Assembly: GCA_012295275.1 (NCBI GenBank)
Contig: CM022667.1
Location: 11,036,001 to 11,100,000, forward strand
DNA length: 64,000 bases
Direction of reading: 5' to 3'
From: Chrysomallon squamiferum
Lineage: Eukaryota; Animalia; Mollusca
Each line of letters starts with the position of its first letter. The stretch's first letter is position 1. Under the pieces are notes generated by a model. That model searched no databases. It saw only the letters and a list, made by a program, of their open reading frames with translations, and was not told the DNA's origin. Shown piece by piece: positions 13,983 through 34,300 of the stretch. Made by a program: the position numbers and the translations under genes.

Positions 13983-16047
13983 TGATGATGATGATGACAA
14001 CAACAACAACAACAACAACAACAGATGTCACGATATCCTTCTTATTGTCCTAATTCTTTTTTCTTTCTTTCAGGGTTGTATTTTATTTTTCTCTTCTTTT
14101 CTTTCTTTCTTTTGTTTTTATTTAAATAAATAGATAAATGAAATGAAATTAAATTGAAATTACTTATTTATTATTTTCAAGAAAATTATATTGAATTATT
14201 AAATATATATGATAGGCTTACGAGATACATAATACTTATGCATGTACTTAGAAAGAAATTAAAAACAACAACAAAACAAAAAAAACATCGATTGTAGAAC
14301 TAAAATGAACACACATTTTATAAAAATGATGTATAAGAAGAATGAGTCCATTTACAGTAATAATACTAAAGATAAAAATAAATAAATAGATAATTAAAAT
14401 TGAACAAAACCTTTGAATAATACCCATGTTAAGCCCCTCTCTCTTTCACTTGAACATGACGTCACAATAAAATAACGTCACCAAAGTAATGTTTTCTGTC
14501 GACGTGGTTAGACTAGAAATCTCTCTAAAACTAGTAAACGTTTTTACCTGTTTTAATACGTGAGAAATATTTAGACAACATACAACATAAATTATGATGC
14601 ATCGTTGTATAATTTGATAATTTGTACATAAACAGTGTATCTATTATTTCAAAATACCGATATGGAAATCATTTAGTAAAGAAAGAAAGAAAGAAAGAAA
14701 AAAAAATAGTCACGCAGTACACTCATATTTATATATCAGAGGGCGCTTAATAAATAAAGTAAAATAAAATAATGTATAATAAAATAACTACTACTGCTAC
14801 TACTATTATTACTAATAATACATATATTTATTTGCTTGCTTACTAGCTCATTTATTTTATTTTATTTCATTTTATGTTATTTTATTTTATTTAGTTCGCA
14901 GTTTGTTTATTATGAAGTATAATTTTAGAATTCAGTGATTGATTGATACACTGATTATTTTAGATTAATACTAACGCTATCTGAGTCAGATCTAATCTGG
15001 GTTTTTTTATGGTCAGTAGCAGGACGTCTAGTTTCTAGTTATAGCTGTCAAACAAGTAAAAGTCATGCTGCTTTCCTAAACGGGTGATATGTGTCAACAA
15101 CGGACCTAATGACTCCTGGGTGGATTATCGATAATGACCGTCATAAATAAGAAAAACAACCAACTAGCAGACTGTTAGACTACAATTAAATTGTGCATTA
15201 TAGCACCGGCCATCCAGCGAAACAACAACAACAAAAAAAGACATTAATACCTTCAAATTGAAAGCACTTGCGACCACGGTTACGCAAACTTACACATGAT
15301 ATTTACAGTACTTTTATTTTTTATTTTATAACATGTCTTTTTTTTTTTTTTTTCTTCAAAGGTTTAATATAAATTGTTAGTCCATCACAGTAAATCGAAC
15401 GCGAAAAATCGACTGTTACTAACTGTAAGTGTCAGTGTATTCAGTTGTAATTCTAATTTTAATTACTGACCACACACAATACAATTCCTTGATTTGCGAG
15501 AGATGCATAAACAGCTTCAGTATCAGCTGACCCATTAATTTTGATAATGATTATTCTGGACACAGGTCTGTGAATGGTCATGTAGGGGGAGAAATTAGTA
15601 TTCCATTTCACTTCGGTAGCCTGTTTAGTACTGATAGTAAACGAGAAATCGCTGTTCTATGTCGAATTATCCAGTAATCCAGTCAGATTTGAAATAAAGA
15701 AAAATAGATGTATTATATTTAAATATCAAGAATTTGATATTAATGTTCAAAGGGTAATATATGAGACAAGAAAGAAAACAAAACATAATTTATTTTTCTT
15801 ATTAAGAGAGATGCATTATATCATTTGGTATTTAAGGCATCCAGGACAGAATCTGTGTTAGAGATGATCATATTTCAGTTAAATGCTTAAGACGAAAATG
15901 ATAATAATAACAAAATAGAAACATACTCCAAGAAAATATCCCCAAAAGAACAATAAACTCGAAAGATTGTTTTTTAGCTGAAGAACTTTTGTGATTCGAA
16001 ATTCATTCACAGAACATCAAGGCGAAGAAAGAAAGAAAGATGCACAA

Positions 16048-16950
16048 ATAAATCTTAACTACAACATAACCGATGCCAGCAGCTGGAATCATTATTTGAA
16101 TCTGTTTCTTCTGTGGATCACCATCGTCATCAACATCGACGTCTTCGGTACTTGTGGAGATCTTCTCACCTCTCTGTTCTCAACGCAGTTCGACGTCAGT
16201 GCTGTTGACTGCGATGTGTTTCTACGACACCGTCTTTTTAATCACCGTCCTTGTACTTTCCTTACTGAAACTATTCCACGATGACGTTAAAATAAAGATG
16301 TATTTATTCCACAGACGTTGACGTTGTTGCTACTGGATCTGTGTACGCTGCTGCCGTTGTCGTTACTCACCGCAGCATGCTTAGAATGTGGAAACCTGTA
16401 CTATGTATATTTTAGTTCTAACCCTGAATCTTTCGAGAAATATCAGAATCTACAACGTTGTCGTTGAACGCGCTGTTACGGATCTGTATTCGCCTTTGAT
16501 AAACGCGACCCACATTAACCCTGGCCCGTATAGTGCTAACGAGTGTGACCCGGATTTTGAAGCTAATTGGGTTAATTCGGTAATTCCTCTATCCTGTTTC
16601 TTGTATTGTTATTTTGTTCCATTTCCTTCCTTTTGTAAGAATTTTGGCTCTAAACAGGCTCAACGTTAGCGAACTCGGCCAGCGAAAACGAATGATGACG
16701 TCACAAGTAATGGATCAGTTTCCAGATAAGGGCAGACATCTAGCACGCGCGGGTCTCGGAATTACTTCCTGTTTGCAATGTTTCCTGGTCTGTACTACCT
16801 AATTAAGTTTGTTGTGGGCTACAGTTTTGGATCATTACAGGATATTACCAAAATAATTGTTTTCACACTGTTTGTATTTAATTTTTCGTCAAACTTTATT
16901 CTGTACTGTTTTTTTCGGTAAGATTAGGCTTAAATTGCTTCACCAAATAT
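16048..16950 (+). pseudogene. Decayed paralog of the adjacent class-A GPCR
   Basis: Collinear fragments in different frames match the intact GPCR: LFLLWITIVINIDVFGTCGDLLT (TM1), STSVLLTAMCFYDTVFLIT (TM2, from 16190), ATGSVYAAAVVVTHR (TM3, from 16329), MWKPV/ILVLTLNLSRNI (TM4), LPFVRILALN...MTSQ...DKGRHLARAGLGITSC (TM5-6), MFPGLYYLIKFVVGYSFG...NFSSNFILYCFF (TM6-7). It has multiple frameshifts and deletions, and ATA-AAT-CTT (INL) where the paralog has MNL. Confidence 0.85.
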
Positions 16951-17332
16951 TCCATGGTATTCGACTTGCTACGTCATTTCATTTATAAATCTCTGCGTTA
17001 TTAAACATTGTAATGGCAATACTCAGGCGTAAGGAAAGATTAATATGAAATGGAATACAGTGTAGTCAGTTGTCACTCCTGCTACACAGACTGGAGTGTC
17101 ACTGTTTTAACTGAATGAATGAATGAAAGGAGAAAGATTATAATTAGAAAGTGTATGACGAATTGAAAAGAATAACAACAAATAACATCCCCCACACAAA
17201 CACACAAACTGACAAGAAACAAGAAAAACAACCAATAAATAAAATAAAGCATACGAAAACTAAAATAAATGAAAAAACATTATAAAATAAATAAGAGAAA
17301 TGTAATAAATAATAAAATAGAGTGAAAACAGA

Positions 17333-17394
<62 letters not shown>

Positions 17395-17781
17395 ATATAT
17401 ATATATAAACAAAAAATACATTCCTTCAGAAGATAATAATAATAATAATTACAAAATAATGATAACGACGGTCATGATATCTAAAAAACTCAACAAACCC
17501 CTTCAAAACAAACTAAACAAAACAAAAGCAAAAATAAATAAATATAGAAATATATAAATAACTGAATTATCAATTAAATGATGAAAAAAAAAAAAAGAAA
17601 AAGAGGATACGTTTCAATTATTTACTTGAAAGAGCAAGGACATTGCTATAAATATGAACTATAATTCTGTCGTAACAGAAAAAAAAAACGTACTTATTTT
17701 ATTTCACACCAGAATTTCACTGGTTCTTACAGAAACGTCAGAAATTGTGCTGCGTTTAGTTGACGAATTATCTGCCACAGG

Positions 17782-17821
<40 letters not shown>

Positions 17822-17958
17822 AAGAAAATTATAGGTTCATTTTGAACATGATATGTGCTTTGCCTTTCAAGCGAATCAGATCAATAAAAATGTGGGAAGT
17901 TTTTCGGTAGCAGCAGATTTATTTTATTTCTATCGTCTGGCGATAGCAGACGATAATT

Positions 17959-19278
17959 ATGAACTTGGCGATTTCGCGGAACGAAACTTTCAGTCAAAAC
18001 CTTTCAGACGTGAGCGGTCTTGCAGACGTCCTGACAGCAGTGCGGTTCTATCTTTTCTGGACCAACATCGGCTTCGACGTCGTCGGCGTACTTGGAAACG
18101 TCATCACCATCACCGTTCTGGCTCATCGAAAAATCCGCTGCTCAACGTCCATGTTGCTGATAGCCATGGGCGTTTACGATTCGCTTTACTTAATTTCGGA
18201 ATTTTCCTTGTCCATCGATAAAATTATCAACAAGCAGATGGATTCGAGATCGAAACACGCTACCGCTCTGTTCGTAATGGCAACTGGGTCGGTTTACACC
18301 GCCGTAGCCGTTACCGTGGAGAGGTACATAGCAGTGCGTCACCCCATTAAAGCACGCACGCACTGCCACATTTTGGGGATGTGGAAGACGGTCGTGTCTA
18401 TCTGTTTTCTTTCGCTGGCCGTGAACTTACCGAGGAACATAGATTTACACGCGTTTCAGATTAATGTTTCTGTGTCTAGTTTAAAAACGCTTGGAATGAA
18501 CGATTCACGAATGGACGTTCAAATGTTTCCTCTTAAGAACACCAGCTTTGATGATGATACCAAAGATTTCCGCAGGACTCGGATTAAAACGATTAACAGG
18601 GATTTACAGGAATTTCCGATTAACGAGAGTAATATGGATATAATTGGCATGTTTTCACTGAACAATAGTGACGTGGATATTGTAAAAGATTCGCAAAATT
18701 TTCGAGTTAACAAAAACGAAATCCGGTCTGAAAAAGGCGTTCAGACTGTCGTAGTTAAAACAATCTACGTCGACTGTTACAACATGACCTTCACCCCGCC
18801 CCACCGCTACATCTACTGCACCATGTTTCCCGCGTTCGGAATTCTTATTCTACCTTTTGCCTTCATATTCGTCCTGAACATTCTCATAGTCAGAATCTTC
18901 TGTAAGCGAAATCGAGAGATGACGTCATCTTTTACGTCATTTCACGACAAAGGAAAAAACCTCACGGGCGTTGCCTTGGGAATCACGTTCTGTTTCTTCG
19001 TCTTCTGCACATTCCCGGGAGGGTACTACCTAATTAGGTTTGTCTTTGGACACAGCTTCGGAATTTTTGACGAGATCACGGAAAGTTTCTGTTACACGCT
19101 GATCATAATGAATTTTTCCACCAATTTTCTGCTCTACTGTTTTCTCGGAGAGACGTTTAGACATATATGTCTGCAGTTATTCTGCTGTCGTAGAACAAAG
19201 TCTGAAAGACGCGGTAGCAAGACAAGTTCGTTAAGAATCGGTCAGCTTATTCAAAGTTCACTCGATGTCGGGGTCTAA
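17959..19278 (+). CDS. Intronless rhodopsin-class GPCR, FMRFamide/sex-peptide-receptor-like (lophotrochozoan expanded type), 439 aa
   Basis: Seven hydrophobic segments with GN (TM1), AMGVYD (TM2), TVERYIAVRHP (TM3), NLP (TM4), LP..LN (TM5), CTFP (TM6) and NFSTNFLLYC (TM7). N-terminal sequons NET and NLS. AATAAA at 19414-19419. Confidence 0.92.
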   Translation: MNLAISRNETFSQNLSDVSGLADVLTAVRFYLFWTNIGFDVVGVLGNVITITVLAHRKIRCSTSMLLIAMGVYDSLYLISEFSLSIDKIINKQMDSRSKHATALFVMATGSVYTAVAVTVERYIAVRHPIKARTHCHILGMWKTVVSICFLSLAVNLPRNIDLHAFQINVSVSSLKTLGMNDSRMDVQMFPLKNTSFDDDTKDFRRTRIKTINRDLQEFPINESNMDIIGMFSLNNSDVDIVKDSQNFRVNKNEIRSEKGVQTVVVKTIYVDCYNMTFTPPHRYIYCTMFPAFGILILPFAFIFVLNILIVRIFCKRNREMTSSFTSFHDKGKNLTGVALGITFCFFVFCTFPGGYYLIRFVFGHSFGIFDEITESFCYTLIIMNFSTNFLLYCFLGETFRHICLQLFCCRRTKSERRGSKTSSLRIGQLIQSSLDVGV

Positions 19279-20622
19279 TTTGCTGGTTAATTTAATTTCG
19301 ACTCCGAACTAATGATAAATGACCCCTATCTTTTACGTTGCATTCTAGTTGGACGTTTCGGACATTAATATTAAGATGTGATGCTATACTGACTGACTTG
19401 GGTTATTTGTCATAATAAATAGTGATTAAAATTCTTATTATACATTGTATGGAGTTCAAGACATTTCCGTTTTTCTTTCTTTCTTTCTTTCTTTCCTTTT
19501 ACTATTATTTTTTGCTGCTACTGCTGCTACTACTGCTACTACTGCTACTACTACTGTTACTACGACTACAACTATTTATTCATTTTTTTACATATCTGTT
19601 TATAATTCGGTTGGTAACAATTAATTTATTGTTCTTCTTTAGAAATAAATAAATAAATAAATAAATAACGATAATAACATTATCCCTCGCTAAACAGATA
19701 ATAATAAAAATACTAATCTATAAATATACGATAAAAATATATATCGTAATTATTTTTAACGATATTTTGTTATGGTTTCTTGTAATTGCTTTTTTTTCTC
19801 ACAATTTCTGTATCAAGATCGAACACACGCCTATCAACCGATTAATGAAAGTCAGACGTCAACACTTTTCATTCAGTGGACATCCATTTAAAAAAAATCG
19901 TTGATATTAATCGGATTTCCACTCTCAGGTATAGATATTTTACGAATAACCCTTGTTTGACTCATACTAACCGTTAATACAAATGAGTTTTTAAACAAAT
20001 ATTTCTTGTGAACCATGTAGGATAATTTTGTTTATGTCTCTCCTTTCCGTTACTTCACAGCATGGAAGATTGTAGAATGTTTGTATATCTGTCTGTCTGT
20101 AACATTGACTCCTTCTTGTAAACACCCTTCAACTCGACATTTATTTAATTCATAGTCCATTACTGAGATTGTATGTTCAATGAGTGTACTGTGTATATTT
20201 CTTTCTTTTACGTGTGTGTCCCTGCGCTCATTTGTTTGTTTGTGCGTGAGTCTGTCAGTATATTTTTATTTTTCATTTTGTTTAAATATATTTACTTTGT
20301 GTACTGTGAATGTTTGTTTGTCTGTGTGTGTGTTTGTGTGCGTGTTTCTCAGTATATGACTAGCAGAACTCCCTTTATTTTCATTTAATGAAACCGTCAG
20401 CCTTAATTGTTTGAACTGAATATTTTAATTATTTTTCTTTTAGCATTGTATCAATCAGGTTTCATCTTCATTGTGAATTATAACAATGTTTGTGTATTAT
20501 ATTTTCAAACAGAATGTGTTTCAACTTTGATGTTTACGTAAAAACAACTGTCGTCAAACAAAATTGTTAGAATGCAATGGGTTTTGTTGTATAAACTTAA
20601 CTGTCATGAACGACAGAATTCA

Positions 20623-20915
20623 AATCTTTTCACTGAGTTAACTGATCCTTTCACTGAGCTAGTTAATTCTTTTACTTTATTAATCTTTTCACTGTATTAT
20701 TTCCACATGGTTAATCTTTTCATTGAGTTAGTTAATCTTTTCTCTGAGTGAGTTAATCTTTTCACTGAATTAGTTAATCTTCTCTCTGAGTTAGTAAATC
20801 AATTCACTGAGTTAGCTAATCTTTTCACTGAATTAGCTAATCTTTTCACTGAATTAATAAATCTTTTCTCTGAGTTAATTAATCTTTTCACTAAGCTAGT
20901 TAATTTATTTACTGT
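20623..20915. repeat. Minisatellite, ~21-22-bp unit AATCTTTTCACTGAGTTAGTT, about a dozen degenerate copies
   Basis: Repeated aatcttttc(a/t)ctga(g/a)ttag(t/c)t visible directly. Confidence 0.85.
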
Positions 20916-21185
20916 CAGGGTCAACGTTTCACAGATCAACAACTGTTAACTTGACGCATGAAAAGACAAGTTAAGACATGAGAATTATTCTGGGTTTGTT
21001 TGGGAGCAAATAGACCAAGGTTAAAGATTTTACAGAGATTTTCTAACAGTACATTGAAACAAAACGAAATTTAGGAGCATTAATGAATCACAATTCTAAA
21101 TATGCCCGAATCTAAAGATTTTTGAGAAATATATTTTGAGATGACCTTGAAATGTTATTGTTTGTCTGTGCTCCAGTTTTTGTAA

Positions 21186-21341
<156 letters not shown>

Positions 21342-21529
21342 TATTGTTGTTCTTGTTTCTGTTGTTGTTGTTATAGTTGTTCTCGGCGTCGTTTGTTGTT
21401 GTCGTTACATTATTCCATTATCTCATTATTATCCTTTTTCATTGTATTTTCAAATATAAAAAGTGCTGAATACTACCTTTGTTTTGATATTAAAGCAAGA
21501 GTATGAAGAAATAAATCATCCTGGATTTA

Positions 21530-21745
21530 ATATTATATTTTCAAAGTTTATTATTCACAAATAAAACTAAATTTATTTCAGATATGCTCAGCTAAAAAAT
21601 CCCCTTAAGAATACCGAAATTCTTTAATCTTTATCTGTGGAGAAAAAATAGAAAAGGAAAAAAAGGAACTAAAGATATTAATATGTAATCATTCTCAACC
21701 TAGGCCTGCAAAATTAGATATGATAAACCCAAGGGAGGTAATTAC
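21530..21745 (+). mobile_element. Possible highly decayed L1/Tx1-type LINE ORF2 C-terminal relic
   Basis: Frame-broken fragments IFSKFII..NP..FFNLYLWRK..ILIC..LDMINP loosely resemble the recalled post-RT region of Tx1/L1 elements. Weak. Confidence 0.2.
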
Positions 21746-23661
21746 AGATAGTTATAGAAGTTAATGAAAAATAATTCACCCTAAATAAAATAAAGTTTTG
21801 TTACAGATTTTGCATTTAGAGTAAAACTGAAATCCTGATGGATAGATGAAAATATGTATGCGTTTGTATTTATGTAGATGTACGTCAGTGTGTAGGTAAA
21901 TGTTTGCATGGATTATACATACGTCATAATCTTTTCTTTCCAGATTTTGTTTTAACTGCATAAATCAAGATTTCCAGTTCAGTCACGAATATAATTATTT
22001 CGTTCCTTTGAACTCTTCCATCTGCATATTTATGCTTTTGTATCTTTAAAACACATAACGAAAAAAGAAATATATATACATATTCAAAGTTTGGTACAAC
22101 CTCTGAACAGCGATATCTAAAGACATACAGGTCCAATTAAGACAAACCCTTGTTTGGTTTCTCTTTAAACCTGGTGTAAATATTTTGAAGAGAAAGTTGT
22201 CTTCCAAAGCGTATTGATTTTGCGGTGTCCCTTGGGCCTACGAATCAAATAATGTCTGAAATTATTAAGGACATTATCCAATCAGTCATAAGGCTTTCTT
22301 TGATAAAATTCCTTGGGGAAGAGAGATTATTCTGTTATATATAGAAGTAACAACAACAACAACAATAATAATAATAATAATATCACAGCAACAAGAATAA
22401 TAATAATAAAAATACAATAAACAAACTGAAATAAAACAAAAGAGCATATAATAAAAAAAAAAAATAAAAAAAAATAAAAATTAAAAAATAAAACAAACCA
22501 AAGCAAAACCAAACCAAACCAAACGAAATAAAACAAAATAACAATAAAACAGAAAAAAACGTAGTTTCGAACTATTTTTATTTTCTCTCATTTTATTTCT
22601 CTATTTCGTTTTCTCTTCTGTTTTGCTTTATGTGTCTGCTTCATCTAATCAAGTCTGATTAATCGCGTGCAGTTCAGACTGAAATGAACGACATGCAGGG
22701 TTAATTATTTATAATAGTAAAGTATGAGTAGCAGTTTAGCTGAAAAACAAGCCTCAGTTTTTCCATTTGTGTGTCTTTGTTTTATGCCTGTCTGCGTCTT
22801 TAACCGGTTAAATGTGCACTAGTTTCATGCAATATTTCGTGATGTTTTCAAGTATAATGTAAAAACACTGGTAATAATTATTTGAAAATCTAAATAAGTA
22901 AAAACAAAACAAAGAACTCCAAGAAACAAAAAAACAAACAACCAGAACCCCCCAAAAAAACATTAAAAAAAAAAAAAAATAAAAAAATAAATAAAAAGAA
23001 ATTAAATAAAAAAGAAGTCAAAACACAGAAAAAGCAACAAGACTCCCCAAATAAATCCCTCTCAAACAAAAACTGCTTCTTCTTTTGGTGACATCAATAG
23101 TAGTAGCAGTAGTAATAGTAGTAGTTGCAGCTGTGGTGGTAGTAGTAGACGTAGAAGTAGTAGTAATAGTAATAACAGCAGCAGGAATAATGTTTGGAAA
23201 GCTGGCAAGATTTGTGGCAATAGTAGTAGTAGCTGAAGTAGTGGTCGCAGTAAGCAGCAGTAGTAGTAGTAGTAATAATACAGTATCAACGAGTTCGTTT
23301 CTCTATTATCTCGCATTTTTATTTTTGAGTTTTTATTGAGTACTCACAAACAGCAGATTTGCGCTAACGATATGACAGTTTTGTCATCTCAAGAGAATGA
23401 AATATCTGTACAAATGTGAGATCAGTTAATTAGCAAACGCTACAGGAGTCAGAATTGCAGCAGCACAACACTAAACGACACTTAATCGACCTCACTGGAG
23501 TCAGTGTTTCACTGCCTGCGTGTTGATGTTTTTAAACAGTGCTGTGAAACCGAGAATGTGTAAATCGATTCTTCTTCTTCGTCACCTGCTTCTAACTGCT
23601 GTTATTATTACTGCATCATTTAACACTGCCACTACTACTGCTGCTGCTGCTGCTGCTTCTG

Positions 23662-23701
<40 letters not shown>

Positions 23702-24441
23702 ATATATGACTACTACTACTACTACATACAGGACTATAACTGCAGCTACAGTCATTATTAATAATGACAGAAGAAGTATTATTGCGACGGTGTTAACAAA
23801 AGTGTTACTACTATTATTACTAATATTATCATTATCATTTCAGCTGCTACTGCTGCACCTATTATTTCTGTTTTGCTGTTGCACTACTACTACCACTACT
23901 ACTACTACTACTACTACTTCTACTACTAACACTGCCATCATTACCACTACTACCATGATACTACTCCAAGATTAAAACACAGCTCATTTGTCGATGTTTT
24001 TTAGAAATATTAATATTTCCAAATTCAGCAAAATATGGTTAATGACATTTTTATTTTTCAAAGACAATAGAATCTAATTACAATTGTAACTCGGTAATTT
24101 ATAATTACACAGAAAAAAAAGAAAAAAAAAGAGATTAATTCGTTTAACCTTTATTTATTTCTTAACTGAAAGAAAAAAGTGTCATTACCTGTCTAAATAT
24201 CTATTTTCTTTGTATATAATTGAATGAAACAAAAAATACTATTACAAAGGAAAAGAAAGAAAAAAAATAATTAAAAAAGAAAGCAGGTAAATCGGTCAGT
24301 ATATAAATAAGAAAATGCCAATCTGGTTTCGACTATGTTTTTAATATACATACAAACGAGAATAAAAAAAGAGAAAAAAATACTGTATATAAATTTTTTA
24401 TTAATTTCTATTTATAAGGTTCAGTATTTACTTTGTCGTGG

Positions 24442-31267
<6,826 letters not shown>

Positions 31268-31332
31268 TGCTCAGGTGATAAATGATGTCTGTCTCTTGTT
31301 AGTTCCAGAGAAATACGCCCCTTGTTTCAGTG

Positions 31333-34300
31333 TTCTCTGTTGTGTTTGTGTTATCCGATATCGTTAACATACAATTAATGATTATTTGGAAGAGAGCAAA
31401 AGACACCGAAAGGCTGAGCCACCGTTATTCGACTAAAATACCGTTTATTATAAGTAGGAAGAGGGGTTATTTTAAAAGACTGAGTCAACGATGTTTTGTA
31501 ACAAAATTGTCAACATATTTAGAGTAATTTGTTCTTAATAATTATAATAAGGGCAAGCAGATAGATTTCTTCAATAAATAAATAACAATTCCAGGATTAG
31601 CAATTTAATAATAATAATCATATTTACGTACAGTAATTTGTTCATAATACTTTTACATCTAATTTCAAGTAGTTTAAATTAAACCTTCCAAAGTAAATAT
31701 TTTCTCTGTTGTGTTTTTGTTATCCGATATCGTTAGATAGGATTAATTATTATTTGGACGAGAGCAAAGGACACCGAAAGGCTGAGCCACCGTTATTCGA
31801 CAAAAATAACGTTATTGTAAGTAGGAAGAGAGGTTATTTTAAAAGACTGAGTCCACGATGTTTTTTTTAACAAAACTGTCAACATATTTAGGTAGTGTAA
31901 TGTGTTCTTAATAATGATAATAAGGGTAAACAAATAGATTTCTTCAATAAATAAATAACAATTCCAGGATTAGCAATTTAATAATAATAATCAACATATT
32001 TACGTACAGTAATTTGTTCATAATACTTTTACACCTAATTTCAAGTAGTTTAAAAATATACTTCCAAAGTAAATATTTTCTCTGTTGTGTTTTTGTTATT
32101 CCATATCGTTAGATAGGATTAATTATTATTTGGAAGAGAGCAAAAGACACCGAAAGGCTGAGCCACCGTTATTCGACAAAAATAACGTTATTGTAAGTAG
32201 GAAGAGAGGTTATTTTAAAAGACTGAGTCCACGATGTTTTTTAACAAAGCTGTTAACATATTTAGGTAGAGTAATGTGTTCTTAATAATGATAATAAGGG
32301 TAAACAAATAGATTTCTTCAATAAATAAATAACAATTCCAGGATTAGTAATTTAATAATAATAATCAACATATTTACGTACAGTAATTTGTTCATAATAC
32401 TTTTACACCTAATTTCAAGTAGTTTAAAAATATACTTCCAAAGTAAATATTTTCTCTGTTGTGTTTTTGTTATCCCATATCGTTAGATAGGATTAATTAT
32501 TATTTGGACGAGAGCAAAAGACACCGAAAGGCTGAGCCACCGTTATTCGACAAAAATAACGTTATTGTAAGTAGGAAGAGAGGTTATTTTAAAAGACTGA
32601 GTCCACGATGTTTTTTTAACAAAACTGTTAACATATTTAGGTAGTGTAATGTGTTCTTAATAATGATAATAAGGGTAAACAAATAGATTTCTTCAATAAA
32701 TAAATAACAATTCCAGGATTAGCAATTTAATAATAATAATCATATTTACGTACAGTAATTTGTTCATAATACTTTTACATCTAATTTCAAGTAGTTTAAA
32801 TTAAACCTTCCAAAGTAAATATTTTCTCTGTTGTGTTTTTGTTATCCGATATCGTTAGATAGGATTAATTATTATTTGGACGAGAGCAAAGGACACCGAA
32901 AGGCTGAGCCACCGTTATTCGACAAAAATAACGTTATTGTAAGTAGGAAGAGAGGTTATTTTAAAAGACTGAGTCCACGATGTTTTTTTTTAACAAAACT
33001 GTCAACATATTTAGGTAGTGTAATGTGTTCTTAATAATGATAATAAGGGGTAAACAAATAGATTTCTTCAATAAATAAATAACAATTCCAGGATTAGCAA
33101 TTTAATAATAATAATCAACATATTTACGTACAGTAATTTGTTCATAATACTTTTACACCTAATTTCAAGTAGTTTAAAAATATACTTCCAAAGTAAATAT
33201 TTTCTCTGTTGTGTTTTTGTTATTCCATATCGTTAGATAGGATTAATTATTATTTGGAAGAGAGCAAAAAGACACCGAAAGGCTGAGCCACCGTTATTCG
33301 ACAAAAATAACGTTATTGTAAGTAGGAAGAGAGGTTATTTTAAAAGACTGAGTCCACGATGTTTTTTAACAAAGCTGTTAACATATTTAGGTAGAGTAAT
33401 GTGTTCTTAATAATGATAATAAGGGTAAACAAATAGATTTCTTCAATAAATAAATAACAATTCCAGGATTAGTAATTTAATAATAATAATCAACATATTT
33501 ACGTACAGTAATTTGTTCATAATACTTTTACACCTAATTTCAAGTAGTTTAAAAATATACTTCCAAAGTAAATATTTTCTCTGTTGTGTTTTTGTTATCC
33601 CATATCGTTAGATAGGATTAATTATTATTTGGACGAGAGCAAAAAAGACACCGAAAGGCTGAGCCACCGTTATTCGACAAAAATAACGTTATTGTAAGTA
33701 GGAAGAGAGGTTATTTTAAAAGACTGAGTCCACGATGTTTTTTTAACAAAACTGTTAACATATTTAGGTAGTGTAATGTGTTCTTAATAATGATAATAAG
33801 GGTAAACAAATAGATTTCTTCAATAAATAAATAACAATTCCAGGATTAGTAATTTAATAATAATAATCAACATATTTACGTACAGTAATTTGTTCATAAT
33901 ACTTTTACACCTAATTTCAAGTAGTTTAAAAAAAATACTTCCAAAGTAAATATTTTCTCTGTTGTGTTTGTGTTATCCGATATCGTTAACATACAATTAA
34001 TGATTATTTGGAAGAGAGCAAAAGACACCGAAAGGCTGAGCCACCGTTATTCGACTAAAATACCGTTTATTATAAGTAGGAAGAGGGGTTATTTTAAAAG
34101 ACTGAGTCCACGATGTTTTGTAACAAAATTGTCAACATATTTAGAGTAATTTGTTCTTAATAATTATAATAAGGGCAAGCAGATAGATTTCTTCAATAAA
34201 TAAATAACAATTCCAGGATTAGCAATTTAATAATAATAATCATATTTACGTACAGTAATTTGTTCATAATACTTTTACATCTAATTTCAAGTAGTTTAAA

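Noticed and set aside
17853-18221. 122-aa overlapping ORF with Arg/His runs
   Set aside because: Alternate frame of the GPCR coding sequence with no independent support.
21776-22136. Two short minus-strand ORFs (61 and 70 aa)
   Set aside because: No recognisable motifs and no consistent splice signals linking them to neighbouring genes.
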